Below are positions 36,082-49,200 of a stretch of DNA of 64,000 nucleotides, piece by piece (within the stretch, counting starts at the first letter, position 1; each line of letters starts with the position of its first letter). The notes below the pieces were generated by a model that ran no database searches, was not told the DNA's origin, and worked only from the letters and a program-made list of their open reading frames with translations. A program made the translations under genes and the position numbers. This DNA is from Azolla caroliniana (Eukaryota > Plantae > Polypodiophyta), in assembly GCA_043228905.1 (NCBI GenBank), contig JBHGNT010000014.1, forward strand, positions 7,192,001-7,256,000, written 5' to 3'.

Positions 36082-38099
36082 ATTTTCTCACCAGTTGTAA
36101 AATTAAGTTCGATACAAGTTGTGTAAGGTTTGGTAGCTAGTTTAAACCTTGAACTTGAACAACTAGATGTGAAAACTGCCTTTTTACATGGTGACCTAAA
36201 CACGGAAATATATACATGGAACAACTGGAGGGTTTTAAAGAGAAAGGGAGAGAACATTTGGTATATAGGTTGAAAAAGAGTCTTTATGGCTTAAAAACAA
36301 GCACCACATCAATGGTATAAAAAGTTTGATTCTTTTATGGTGAGTCAAGGTTATGAAAGAACTAATGTGGACCATTGTGTGTATGTTAAACAATTTGAGG
36401 TTGGTAATTTTATTATACTTCTTTTGTACGTTGATGATATGCCAATTGTTGGGCAAGACCTAAATATGATTAATAGGCTAAAAGTGGAGTTATCTAAGAC
36501 TTTTGACATGAAAGATTTAGGGCCTACTAAGCACATTTAGGTATGCAAATAACTCGTGATAGAGAGTCGAAGAAATTGTGGCTTTCACAAGAAATGTACA
36601 TAGAAAGAATCCTCGAAATGTGAACAACATGCAACATTCGAAACCAATAAGTACTCCTCTTGCCACTCACTTTAAATTGAGTAGGAAATGTTGTCAAGAT
36701 ACCAAGGAGGAAAGAGATGAGCTGTCATCGATTCCCTATGCCTCGACGGTTGGATCCTTAATGTATGTTATGGTTAGCACACGATCAGATATTGCACACA
36801 CAATTGGTACAGTGAGTAGGTATATCTCTAACCATGGTAAATCTCATTGGAATGTTGTAAAATGGATTCTAAGGTATTTGAGAGGTACATCTAAGATGTG
36901 CATTTGTTTTGGATGTTCTAAACCAATTCTTGAAGGCTTTATAGATGTAGACATGGTCAGAGATCTTGATGGTAGGAAATCTACATCTAGTTTCTTATTT
37001 ACTTTTGTAGGGGAGCTATATCATGGCAATCCAAATTGCAAAAGTGTGTTGCCTTGTCCACTATGGAAGCTGAATACATTGCGGCAATTGAGGCTGGCCA
37101 AGAAATGCTTTGGATGAAAAGGTTTCTTTTAGAATTTGGTTTGAGTCAATTAACTTATGTGGGTTTTTGTGACAGTCAAAGTTCAATGGACCTAAGCAAG
37201 AACTCAATGTATCACTTACGAACAAAACACATCGACATAAGGTATCATTGGTTACGATTGGCGATCGAGGAGCAAATGTTGCAATTAGAGAAAGTTCATA
37301 CAAATGACAACGTTGCTGACATGCTAACAAAGGTGGTTCCAAGGGAGAAGCTTGAGCTATGTGCCAAGCTTGCTGGAATGGAGATGAGTTGAGACACAAG
37401 CAATCCTCTCCTTGTGTGACCGGAGGGGTAGATTGTTAATGTATCCGGTGTCGCGTTACTACGTGCGTGCGTGGAGAAACGAGGCGGGACCACCGGGGTC
37501 TTGAACCAAAGAGCAGGTGATAGAAGGGGAAAGAGAAAGAGAGAGACGCTCGGTTACGTATGAGCAAAGAAACACAGGGACACGGCCCTGTCAACGCAAA
37601 AGACACGAGTGGACAGAGAGACAGAGAGACACGAATGTTTGTATATTAATGAATGACAAATAAACAACAGAGCACGCGAGCGGTTACAACCGAACAAGCC
37701 GACGAACAGATGCCGATGCCTGCTCGTTTGCGCACGAAAGGGGATAGGATGGAGGTGTTGCCGAAAGCACACAGGCGTTCCTCAAAGCAGCGCGAGCCTC
37801 CCGAAAACCTGCAGAGAAGAGCGATGGAGAACGAATAGAGGAGAAGCGTCCGGTTTCGGTCCGACAGCACTTCCTCCTCTTCTCAAAAAAAAAAAATCCT
37901 CCCTGTCTCCCCGCGTCTCCCTCTCTTTTATAGCTTCAAGAGGGGAGCCGTTTCCCTCATTAACTTCCTACCTACCGAATCTAACTACCTAGGATATACC
38001 TTTGTACCCCATTCTCTATTATATACATTAAAGGGCGCACACGCGTGAAGAGCGGGTTCACGAGCGCTATGCACCGATTATGCTAAGGGATGGTTTTCT

Positions 38100-41000
38100 T
38101 CACGACATCCGCCCCCACCTAACCGCGCATCCACCGGTATGCGCCAAAATTGGGTTCTGGTTGGAGAAAACCGGTCCGGGTTCCGGTTCCTCGTCCATCG
38201 GTTCGTCCTCCGTTTCAGACTGTTCGTTGTCGCTATCCGGGCCTCTTAGATCCGGTTCGCCGTCGTGGCGCTTCTTGAACGCTTTGATCTGCTTCCCTGC
38301 TACCGGTATCGCCATCCTCGTACCGTTGAGTTCCGCCAGGTGATACGTCTCGTTGTCGTTGGCGCTCGTTACCACGTAAGGCCCGAACCACCGCTTTGCA
38401 AACTTCCGTGTTGCCCGGTGCTGGCTGTCGAGGCTGCTGTCGTAGACTAGCACCCAGTCGCCTTCCTCGATTTTCTTTGGTTTGAGCCGGTGCGTCCGGT
38501 CGAACTGGGCTTTGTTCCTCATCCTCGCCGTCCGAAGTCTCTCCGCCACTCGTTCCACGTCCTCTGGCCTCCGCTCGAGCTGCCGTATACGCGCCGCTAG
38601 CAGTTCTTCCCGGCTCATCTCGTCTCTCCAGTCCACTGTCGCCCAAGAGGAGATTGTCCGTTCCATCGGCATGATCGGCTTCTGTGCGAACATGAGCTTT
38701 GACGGCATGAACCTGGTTACCGAACTGTGCGTTGTCCGGTCCGCCCACAAGGCATAAGGTAACAGTCGTGGCCAATTCCTGACCTGGCCTCCGCACGCCC
38801 GGACTAGCGCTTTGACGATCGGTCCGTGTCCGCGTTCCACCTTCTCGTTCGCCTCCGGATTGTGCGCTGTGGTGAGCGAGAGCTTGACCCCTAACCGGTT
38901 GAACAACTCCTCGGCTTCTTCGGCGTCCAACTCCCCGCGGTCAGCCACGATCTTCCCGACGCACCCGTACCGACATATCACGTCCTCGATCAGGAACTGA
39001 CACACGGCCGCGGTCGTTTTGTTCTGCAGGGCTCGGCCTTCCACTTGGTTTGTCAGGTCCTCCCGGGCCAGCACCAGATATCGCATCTGCCCTATGCCCA
39101 TCGGCATCATCACCAAATCTACCATCCATTTGAAGTGGATGGCCGGAGGGTATGTAGGGTGAAGCTCGTCTCGATGTCGGACTATGGAGTGTATCTGACA
39201 GCTCTCACAAGTTGTCACGAACCGATGCACGTCCCGGTACAGTCCCGGCCACCAGTACTTCCCCTTTAGTTTCTCGAACATGGCCCACGTCCCACGGTGT
39301 CCAGCCCAGGGGCTGTTGTGGTAGGCCTTCAACAACTCCTCATGTTCCTCCTACATCGCCACTACTCGGAGCGGGATGCCGTTTCTCTTCTTCGGGTGCT
39401 TCCACAAGTATCCGTCCCGGAGAAAAAATCGGTACGCTTTCTTCCGGATCCGGTTGGCCTCGTCCTTTGTCCATGACGCGTCCGGCGTCATAGTCCTTAA
39501 GAATCCCCCAATCTGCAGCCACTTCCCGCCGTACTTGCTCTCGTTGAAATCGTTAAGCGCCGGAGTGCTCCCCCCTTTGGTTGTTACGTAAGCCGCCTCA
39601 AAGAAGTCCACGCCGACTTCCTCGTCCTCCGAAACCATGCCGCCCTCGTCGTTGAATCGCGCCCTCGAAAGCATGTCGGCCATGGCATTGTCTTTCCCAA
39701 AAATGTGCCGTATTTCCGGATCCAGGGACTTGATGTACGCTATCCACCTGAGCATTGCCAGGTCCGGGGTTGCGCATCCGGAAACCATGCCGAGAATCGG
39801 CAGGCAGTCCGTCTCGATAATCACCTCTGTTCCGATCAGATAATCTTTATCGGCCTTCACCGCCGAAACGATACCCCAGAGTTCGCGTTTAACCTGGGCG
39901 TATCCTCGCTATCGCTCGCTGAGGACCTTCGCCCCGAACCGGATTGGGAACCGAATGCTGTCCTCATCTTCTTGGTTGACGACCCATATGATCCCGATCG
40001 GGCTTGTATCTACCGTTATGTAGATGGGAGTGCCTTTCTCGTAGACAGCCTTCCGGAGTGCTGGAGCTGCAGCAAGAGCCTCCTTCATCTTTCGAACCGA
40101 CTCTGTATGCTCGTCTCGCCACTTGAATCTTCGCCCCTTTTTCAGCAACCCGTATAGCGGCTCGGCAACGTGGGCGTAATGCGGGATCCATATGTGGTAG
40201 AACGCGCATGCTCCCAAGAACCTCCGTACCTCTGTGACCGAGTTACAGTCGGGCTTCATTGCGGAGATGGTTCCCACCTTAGCCGGAGACCGGTTCCGGC
40301 CATACGGTCCGCATAGATGTTTGATGACCATGATCTCTGATTGCCCGAAGGCCGATTTCTCCCCGGAGAAGGTGAGCCTCGCGTCCTCTAGCCTCTGCAG
40401 CACCCTCTCGCAGTTGTCAATGTGTGTCGCCACGAATTTCCGGCATCCATCCGGTCCGATCGTTTCGTCCTTTTCCTCCACCGGACATCCCTTGATCGGG
40501 ATGTCGTCCAAGAATGGCATGGTGATGTCTGAGATAGAATCCCTCAGCACCTTGTTCATCGCATTCACCATGTGGGCCACTGAGTTCATCCCTCCTTGTG
40601 GCAGGGTACACATCCGCATTAGGCCGAGAGGAGTCCGCATCGTCGTAATGTCTCTGCTCTCCACGGCTAGTTGGAATTGATCGTACCCCGAGTACAGATC
40701 ACCGACCGAGTAGGTTGACCTTCCGGCGAAGGCCTCCGCGAACTCGTCTATCGTTGGTCCGATTCTTGCGTTCCGAATGGTCACTCTGTTGACCGGTTGC
40801 AGGTCTTGAATGAAGCGCAATGTCTCGTTCTTCTTCAGTACGGTAAACCACCGGTTCGAGTACGGGGCACTCGACGGTTCGAGGATGCCCATATCGACTT
40901 TCTGCCTCAACGGCTCCATCAGCTCCGGGATGTGAGCTCTCGGTACCGGAATTGGTTTGAGATTCCACGGCACATGCGGTACCGTGAATATCACCATCGG

Positions 41001-41679
41001 TTTCACGACTGTCGGGTCTACGCACCCGATCTCTTCCGGTGAGAATGCGAAGGCTTTCCCGTGCCTTCCGAGCATTCTCCGAAACCGGTCTTCTTCCGCT
41101 GGCAGTAGGAACCCGCCCCCACTGATTTTGATCTCTTCTGTCGGTGAAGGTGTGTCCTATGCAGGCCGGATCTTGTAAACTGGGGTCCGGCGCGACCCCC
41201 TTGATTCGCAACTCGCTGCCCTCCGGTAAGGGTGCCGTGACCGGCCTTACCTTCCGGTCCACAGTCTTGTACTTCGTGTTAACCCGGGCCGTCCGATCTG
41301 ACTCGAGCCCTCGACTGAAGTCCGCGATGACTTCGTACATCTCTTCTGAACAAACCGGTATCGTCCGGTCCTCTTTAAGGCCTTCTCCGACCACCTCTCG
41401 CAGTATTCCCAAGGTATCGTCGAAGGAGACCACCTCCACGGCTCCGTTGATTTCCTCGCTAGGCCCGAGAACTCCGCACGCCCGAAGTCGCTCTTCCTCC
41501 CTTGTCTTTTCTCGGCCAACGACGTCAACTATCGTACACCCTCCGTTGTCGGAGAAACAAAACTTCCTACTTATGGTACAAGGTTTCTTCGGTTTCGCCT
41601 CTATTGTACATTTGTGGGGTTTTCCCGGAGTGTCCGGACTATCGCGGCCCCACGCCTTGACAACCCTCTCTAAAAATCC
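38100..41679 (-). pseudogene. pol: pol (RT-RNase H-integrase) of element C
   Basis: ORFs 40699-41439, 39909-41075, 39351-39860, 38100-39335: PFLDD, VDTSP, ETDCLP, HNSPWAGH..CESC, ADRGELD, GPY. Confidence 0.92.
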
Positions 41680-43814
41680 TCTCGGTTCTCGCCACCGAGG
41701 GACTCGCGGTTTCGTTCGTGGTTCGGTCGCACCGTCAGGAACTGGACCGAATGACGCCTGTCCTGACTCTTGACCCTCGCATAAGCCGACCCATTGTTCA
41801 GCACCTTGGTCTCCATCCGTGCTGCCTTAATGTACGGTTCTCCCAGTATGACCGGGTGCGAGGACGTCTCCTGCACAAAGAAGTGTTGGTCTATCTCGAC
41901 GTCGCCGATCTTGATTCGCACGTTTGGGCAGGCCCCGTGTAGTTCCTTGGTGGCGCGCGTCGCCGCCCGTATCTTCCACCCGTGCTTGGTGTTGATCGGC
42001 CATTTCCCCTTCTTGTAGAAGTCCATGGACATCAGGTTTATTTCCGAACCGTGGTCCACCAGCGCCACCACCGGTTCCTGAACATCTCCGATCTTCACCG
42101 GGGTTTCCGTGGTCGCTCGGGCCCAGTGTGGACTCGAATAGTGGCTCTCCGCCCACTCGTCTTCAAGCGCCATGTCCTCTATGTGCATCGTCCGCACCTC
42201 CACCGGCCTTTCCGGTTCTGTCTCCGTCAACAGCCTCTTCCTCTTCACCAAGTCTACGATGGAGTCGTAGAACTCCTTCTTGGTGATTCCGAGCACCTCC
42301 CGCAACGACAGTTCCACCTTGCTGTCGAGGATTCGTTCTTCCAGGACCTTTCGTAGGTCCGTGGTCCTTTCGATCTCCGTGCCCAACCGGTATCCGCCCT
42401 TCTTGTGGTTATCTCGGGCACTGGTCTCGCCGGCCTCGTTCCGTTTCGGCTCGAATCGGGTTTCGTATCTCTGTGAGGGTCCGACCCCTCCAGTTTAACC
42501 TACCTGTTTGTCTTCAACCAGAGCCTCGTAGTGTTGGCAAGCTGCTTCGACGAAACCCGTCTTTTCTTCGACCGGGTCACTCCACCCGGTCACCTCATGG
42601 ACCCGCTTCTCCGCGTGGTCTGCCTCGTCTTTCCTTAGTCGGGCACCGGCGAGGCCTTCTAGCATCGTCGGCCAGAACCCGGCTTTGCTCTCCTTTCGGG
42701 CCTCGCTGCCTCCGACCCGAATACCGGCTGACGCCGAGTAGTGGACGGTCTCCGCGTGCCGGGCCGCCGCCTCTTCCATCAGCCTTTTCATTCCTCCTCG
42801 CCCATCGTTTCGGTTCAGGGCCCTCCGGGTATCACTGGCGTGCACCCGACCTTCCCACAGGTACACTACCCGGCTTCTCAAAGCCTCTGCAAAGTCCTCG
42901 CAGTCTTTCCGGATGTGGCCGACCTCGTCGCACCACATGCACCTATTTCCTGCCGGAGACCGTCAGTCACGAGCCTATTCGCCGCCTTCCCTCCGAGCCT
43001 GGGCGATCTAGAGATCCTTTACCGCTCGTGTCAACTCCTCCAACGTTGTTCCCCCGGACGAGCCTCTGACCACGCTGGTCGAAGTTGAACCGGTTTCGAG
43101 CCACTCCCGGGTCTCTTCCCTTCGCGCCTGAGGTATTGGTTCGAGCTTCCTTGCTGCAACAGGACCCGCCCCTATATCAGCCCACTCCCACCGTTTGTCA
43201 AAACGGCCACAGACTCTTTTTACCGCGGCCCAGTCGGCCATCAGCCCGTCTTCGGTTTCCAGTAAAGAGCCCACTTGCTCCCGATCGCGTGCGTCAACCG
43301 ATTTGACAAACAGTAGGACACAACTTGTGTCCAGAACGGTTCGATCGAGTGCCGAAAGGCGCGCAAAGCGTTCCTCAAACTCCCGGAGGAGTACCGACGC
43401 ATTTCTTCCTTTGTTGGGGGACTCCACCCACTCCATGAAGCTCCGCTTCGAAAGTCGAAGGGCGTCATCCAACCCGTATTTCTCCAGGAGCCGTCCTTCG
43501 AACTCCTCCCAGGTCTGGCTCTCCGCCCGGACCTGGAGCACCTCTGCATGGATGCCCAGCATCGCCACTCGAGGGAATCCGGCAAGACACTTCTCTTCCG
43601 GAATATCCCTCATCAACATCTCCACCCGGTAGGACGCCAAACAACTCGTGGCATCCTTTCCACTGAACCGGCCGATCGTACCGACGATCGCCTCAATAGC
43701 CCTGTCAAGGGCGCCGGTGCCCTCGTGCGCGCTCACTATCCGGTCCATGGCCGAAGCCATGGCCTCTGCAAGATCCGACCCCCTCATCTTCTGCTTCTCT
43801 GCCGCCTCTTTCAC
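41670..43814 (-). pseudogene. gag: gag-protease of element C
   Basis: WCDEVGHIRKDC knuckle, ALVDHGSEINLM, VILGEPY; stops and a frameshift. Confidence 0.88.
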
Positions 43815-43827
43815 GTCGGGTTCACCA
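43811..43827 (-). promoter_or_regulatory. PBS complementary to tRNA-Trp
   Basis: TGGTGAACCCGACGTGA 4 nt from the LTR; same 17-mer at 58979-58995. Confidence 0.85.
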
Positions 43828-46034
43828 AAGATGTCGCGTTACTACGCGCGTGCGTGGAGAAACGAGGCGGGACCACCGGGGTCTTGAACCAAAGAGCAGG
43901 TGATAAAAGGGGAAAGAGAAAGAGAGAGACGCTCGGTTACGTATGAGCAAAGAAACACAGGGACACGGCCCTGTCAACGAAGAAGACACGAGTGGACACA
44001 GAGACAGAGAGACACAAATGTTTGTATATTAATGAATGACAAATACACAACAGAGCACGCGAGCGGTTACAACCGAACAGGCCGACGAACAGATGCCGAT
44101 GCCTGCTCGTCTGCGCACGAAAGGGGATAGGATGGAGGTGCTACCGGAAGCACACGGGCGTTCCTCGAAGTAGCGCGAGCCTCCCGAAAACCTGCAGAGA
44201 AGAGCGATGGAGAACGAACAGAGGAGAAGCGTCCGGTTTCGGTCCGACAACACTTCCTCCTCTTCTCAAAAAAAAAAAAAATCCTCCCTGTGTCCCCGTG
44301 TCTCCCTATCTATTATAGCTTCAAGAGGGGAGCCGTTTCCCTCATTAACTTCCTACCTACCGAATCTAACTACCTAGGATATACCTTTGTACCCCATTCT
44401 CTATTATATACATTAAAGGGCGCGCACGCGTGAAGAGCGGGTTCACGCGCGCTATGCACCGATTACGCTAAGGGACGGTTTTCTTCACGACACCGGTCAC
44501 TATTTTCTTTTTCTTTTTCTTTTAATAATATTTATTATTAGTAGTAGATAGTAATATAAAACAAAACTAATGTTTTGTTTCTTTAGTAATTATTACCCTT
44601 GCATTATTTCTTTAAAAGGGTTGTAAAAAATAACGTGCGGAAGCAAGTATGAAGATCGAACAGAAGGAAGAAAACTCAGGTTTAATGGAGAGCTTGAGCT
44701 TACGCAGTGTACGCGGGAGAGACAGAGAGAGTGAGAGAGAGCACAAGAACTATATTCAAAACCAAATACTCAATCTCTACTCACCACACTCCATACATAT
44801 GTGTGTTCAATGAACACTTTTATACAAGTCCTAGAAGGACTGACAGAAGTACTGACAGTACTTCAATGCTCATTAAGAGCTCCTTCACTAACTCCCAAAT
44901 ATATTCCTCACGGAATATCTTTCCTAACGGCCCGTTTACGCACCGGTCTGCGTATTGGTTTACGCATTCGGCCTAACCGATCGGTCCCAACCGATCCGGT
45001 CCTCGGCTTCTTCAGCCGATCCGACCAATGTTGAGCTTGTCTCTCAACACTCCCCCTCAAGCTCAACTTGAGGCTCTTCGGGATCTTTGGGCTCACAGCT
45101 CCGGTTCCTGCTGGCTTCACGCCTCGCTCGCGCTCCACGACCTGTTCGACTCCGCGCGCTTCGACCCTTCCGGTCGGCTTGTCTACTCATGTGGCCCTTA
45201 TCAGCTCTTCTGTTGTTGCGGTGTTGACGCTTCTCCTACCGCCTTTTCTTCCGCTTGGGCCTCGGTTGATTCAGCGTATCTAAATCAAACATCCGAACCG
45301 ACTCGGCTACCTCCGATCGGTTTTCGCTCTCGTCCGAGTTGGCTGTCTCCAACTTGTCTTCGGTCTTCTCGCCCTCGATGGCGTCATCTTCCCCATGCGT
45401 GGTTGGCTTCGGCTCTCTCCTTCGGCTGCTCCCCTTCTGTCTGCTTCCGGACTTTTCTGCAGGTCTGCCCTCGGTTTCTTCAGCCGATCCAAAGTCGAAC
45501 TCGACAACCGAGTCAATTGACTCGGTGTCGCGGTCTCCACTCCTTTCCTGCTGCCTTGCTTGGTCGTTCGGGACTGTTCTCCCCTGTTGAAAAACAGTGC
45601 TCGGCCACAACCGAGGAATGGGATCAACTCACAGAAAACAGGAAATAGAAAATGCACAAAACAATAGAGAGAAAGGTACACTGGATGTTTTACGTGGAAA
45701 ACCCTAAATGGGAAAAACCACGGGAGTCCTCAAACTCCAACTATCACTATGAACAGGGATGTACACTGGTGAAGCTACAAGGCAACAACCTTGAGCTCAC
45801 TGTCTTCGCCACAGGCGGCGGTAATACACAGAGGCAACGACCTCTTCGTCTCTCACTCTCTCTCTCGGCTGCTCTCACTTCTCATGAAAAATGAGCAACA
45901 ACAAAAAACTGTTTGCCCTAAGTCATATTTATACATATATGACTTTCGGGCTATTTACAAATATAGCCTCAAGGGCTCTTAGCAAACATATTCACAAGTA
46001 TGTCCCCGCATCCGAATCTCTCTCCGGGTACATT

Positions 46035-46210
46035 CGTCATCCGGCTCCGTAACCGGGGTCTTCAGCATCCGGCTCCGTAACCGGGGTCTTCATCATCCGG
46101 ATCCGTATCCGGGTACTCTTCATCCGGCTCCGTAACCGGGGTCTTCATCATCCGGATCTGTAACCGGGGTCTTCATCATCCGGATCTGTAACCGGGGTCT
46201 TCATCACTCG
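46035..46210. repeat. About 28-bp tandem repeat in element E LTR (also 50815-50990)
   Basis: CATCCGG(C/A)TC(C/T)GTAACCGGGGTCTTCAT x6-7. Confidence 0.9.
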
Positions 46211-46253
46211 AACATCCCATCCGGAGGGACCGAAATCCCAACAAACTCCCCCT

Positions 46254-49200
46254 TCACTTCGGCATGGGATGTCTCTCCAACCCGATCCTCTTCCGGCATG
46301 CTTCCAGCTTGTCGGGTGTGAGCACCTTGGTCAGCATATCCGACCCGTTCTCGTCCGTGTGAATCTTCGTCAGCACGAACTCCTTGTCTTCTATCCTTTC
46401 CCGGATCCAGTGGTATCTACGCTGGATGTGTTTTGTCCGGGAATGGTAGGCCGCGTTCTTTGCAAGGTGGATGGCACTCTGACTATCGCAGTAGAGTCGA
46501 TACTCCTCCTGCCGGATCCCGAGCTCTCTAATGAAGTCCTTCATCCATATTATTTCCTTGCCGGCTTCAACAGCTGCCATGTACTCCGCCTCCGTGGTTG
46601 ACAACGCAACCGTCTTCTGCAGCCTCGACTGCCACGAAACGGCTCCCCCTGCATAGGTCATCACATACCCTGATGTGGACCGGCTGGTATCTGCATCAGC
46701 CGACATATCCGAATCGGTGAAGCCGTCGAGTTCGGGCTTACCGGAGCCGAATCGGAGGCACACGTTTGCCGTGCCCTTCAGGTATCGGAGTATCCACTTG
46801 ACCGCGTTCCAATGCTCTTTGCCGGGATTGCTCATGTACCGGCTCACCACTCCGACTGCGTATCCAATGTCTGGTCTTGTACACACCATTGCGTACATCA
46901 AGCTTCCGACAGCAGAGGCATATGGTACTTTCATCATGTCCTCTTTCTCAGCCTTTGTCCTGGGGCTTTGCTTGCTGGACAGCTTGCAGTTTGCCGGGAG
47001 GGTTGATCCGACCGGTCTTGCTTCCGACATGTTGAACCGTTGAAGCACCTTTGTCACGTACTTCTCCTGTGACAGCCACAACTGCTTCTTGCTCCGGTCC
47101 CGGATGATGTGCATCCCTAGTATTTGTCTCGCCGGACCCAAGTCCTTCATTGAGAAGGTTCGGTGAAGAGCCTTCTTCAGCATCCGTATCTTGACCTGGT
47201 CCCGTCCGACGATCAACATGTCGTCCACGTACAGGAGGAGTATTAGAGAGTCTCCTCCTTCGAACTTCTTCACAAACACGCAGTGGTCAGACTGCGTTTT
47301 GTGGTACCCTTCGTCGGTCATGAAGGAGTCGAACTTCCGGTACCATTGCCGGGGAGCCTGCTTCAGTCCGTAAAGGCTCTTCTTCAACCGGCATACCAGG
47401 TGCTCCTTCCCTTTCTTCTCGAATCCTTCCGGTTGCTGCATGTAGATCTCTTCATCGAGGTCACCGTGAAGGAATGCCGTCTTCACGTCCATCTGTTCTA
47501 CCTCGAGGTCCATGCTTGCCGCTATGCTCAGCACCGTCCGGATGGAGGTCATCTTTACTACCGGGGCAAATATCTCGTCGAAGTCGACGCCCTTCTTTTG
47601 CTGAAACCCCTTCACCACGATCCTGGCTTTGTATCTCGGGGGGTTTCCGGCATCTCCCGGTTTCAGCTTGAACACCCACTTGTTTCGAAGTGCCCGCTTT
47701 CCTTTCGGCAACTCCACAAGTTCATATGTGTGATTCTCATGCAGGGAATCCATCTCGTCCTGCATGGCACTCAACCACCTGCGGCTCTGGGTGTCATGTT
47801 TTGCTTCTTCAAAACTTTCCGGCTCCCCCTCGTCTGTTAGCAGCACGTGCTCTGGTTCCGGAAATCTCCGGGGGGCCCTTCTCTCTCTTAGAGGATATCT
47901 CCGTTCGGGAGCTTCGGTAACCGGTTCTTCCGATTCTTCTTCTTCATCCGAATCCATTTCGGGATCGGGGCCGGTTCCGGTATCATTTTCATCTTCTTCT
48001 TCGGCCGGTTCTGTTTCTTCACCGTCTTCGGCCGGATCCTCGAGTGCTAACCGGTCCCTTGCCGGTCGGGACTGCTCCTCGTAGAGTTTATCCTCACCGG
48101 TCGACTTGGAGCTCTTCATCTTCTTCTCCGACTCCCAGTCGGCGAGTGTCTTGTCCTCCATGAAGATGATATCTCGACTCCTGAATATCTTCTTGTCGAC
48201 CGGGTCCCATACTCGGTAGCCGAACTCGTCGTCACCGTAACCGAGGAATATGCATGGCCGGGTCTTTGGATCTAGCTTTCCTCTCCGGTCCTTTGCCACA
48301 TGCACGTATGCGAGACACCCGAACACCTTCAGATGCCGGTAGGATACTTCCCTACCGGTCCACACTCTCTGCGGCGTGTCTCCGTCCAAAGGTACTGAGG
48401 GTGATCTGTTTATCACGTATGTCGCCGTCGACATCGCCTCAGCCCAAAACCCCTTGGGTAATTTCGCATGCGCCAGCATACTCCGGACCCTCTCCATTAT
48501 GGTCCGGTTCATCCTCTCGGCCAGCCCGTTCAGTTCCGGCGTCTTCGGCACAGTAAACTCGAGCCGGATTCCCTTCGAGCGACAGTACTCCTGGAACTGC
48601 CCCCGGTATTCCCCTCCGTTATCCGCTCGTATCACTTTCAGCTTCTTGCCGGATTCCCTTTCCACTCTCGCGTGGAGTTCTTTGAAGACGGACAACACTT
48701 GGTCCTTTGTCTTCAACGGTGCCGTCCACAGCTTCCGGCTGTGGTCATCAATGAATGTTACGAAGTACTGGGCTCCGCCATGTGACTTCGTTTCTACCTG
48801 ACACACATCAGTGTGCACCAGCTCCAATGGTGCGCTACGTCTCGTCGGTGGCCTTGAGTGGAAGGAGGTCCGGTTTTGCTTACCGGCCAGGCAGTCGGTG
48901 CACTTCTCCAGGTGCACATGCTTCACTGGAATAAGGTTGTCTTCTGCAAGCCTCTTCATCCCCTTCTCACTCATGTGGCACAGTCTCTTGTGCCACAGCT
49001 CACCGGCAGTGTCGGCTGCCACGTTCAGCTCCTCCGGACAGAGCCGGGAATTCATCAGGTACAGGGTGTTGACCTTCCGGGCCCGAGCCACTATCAGGCT
49101 CCCTTTGCTGAACTTCATGACACCGTTCCGGATGCTACCCGTGTAGCCTTCATCGTCTAGTCTCCCGGCCGAAATCAGGTTCAATCGAACCTCCGGAACG

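Larger units (their letters stand above)
35035..37433 (+). pseudogene. Ty1/Copia (Tork/Tnt1-like) RT-RNase H remnant with PPT
   Basis: EGEPESF, KARLVV|KGYGQKKG, LDVKTAFLHG, LLYVDDM, ALSTMEAEY, TKHIDIRYHW; PPT GGAGGGGTAGA before TGTTA at 37434. Confidence 0.92.
37449..44492 (-). mobile_element. Full-length Ylt1-like Gypsy element C
   Basis: LTRs 43832-44492 and 37449-38107, 4-bp TSD CCGG, PBS and PPT AGGTGGGGGCGGA, gag-PR-RT-RH-INT with a few lesions. Confidence 0.95.
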
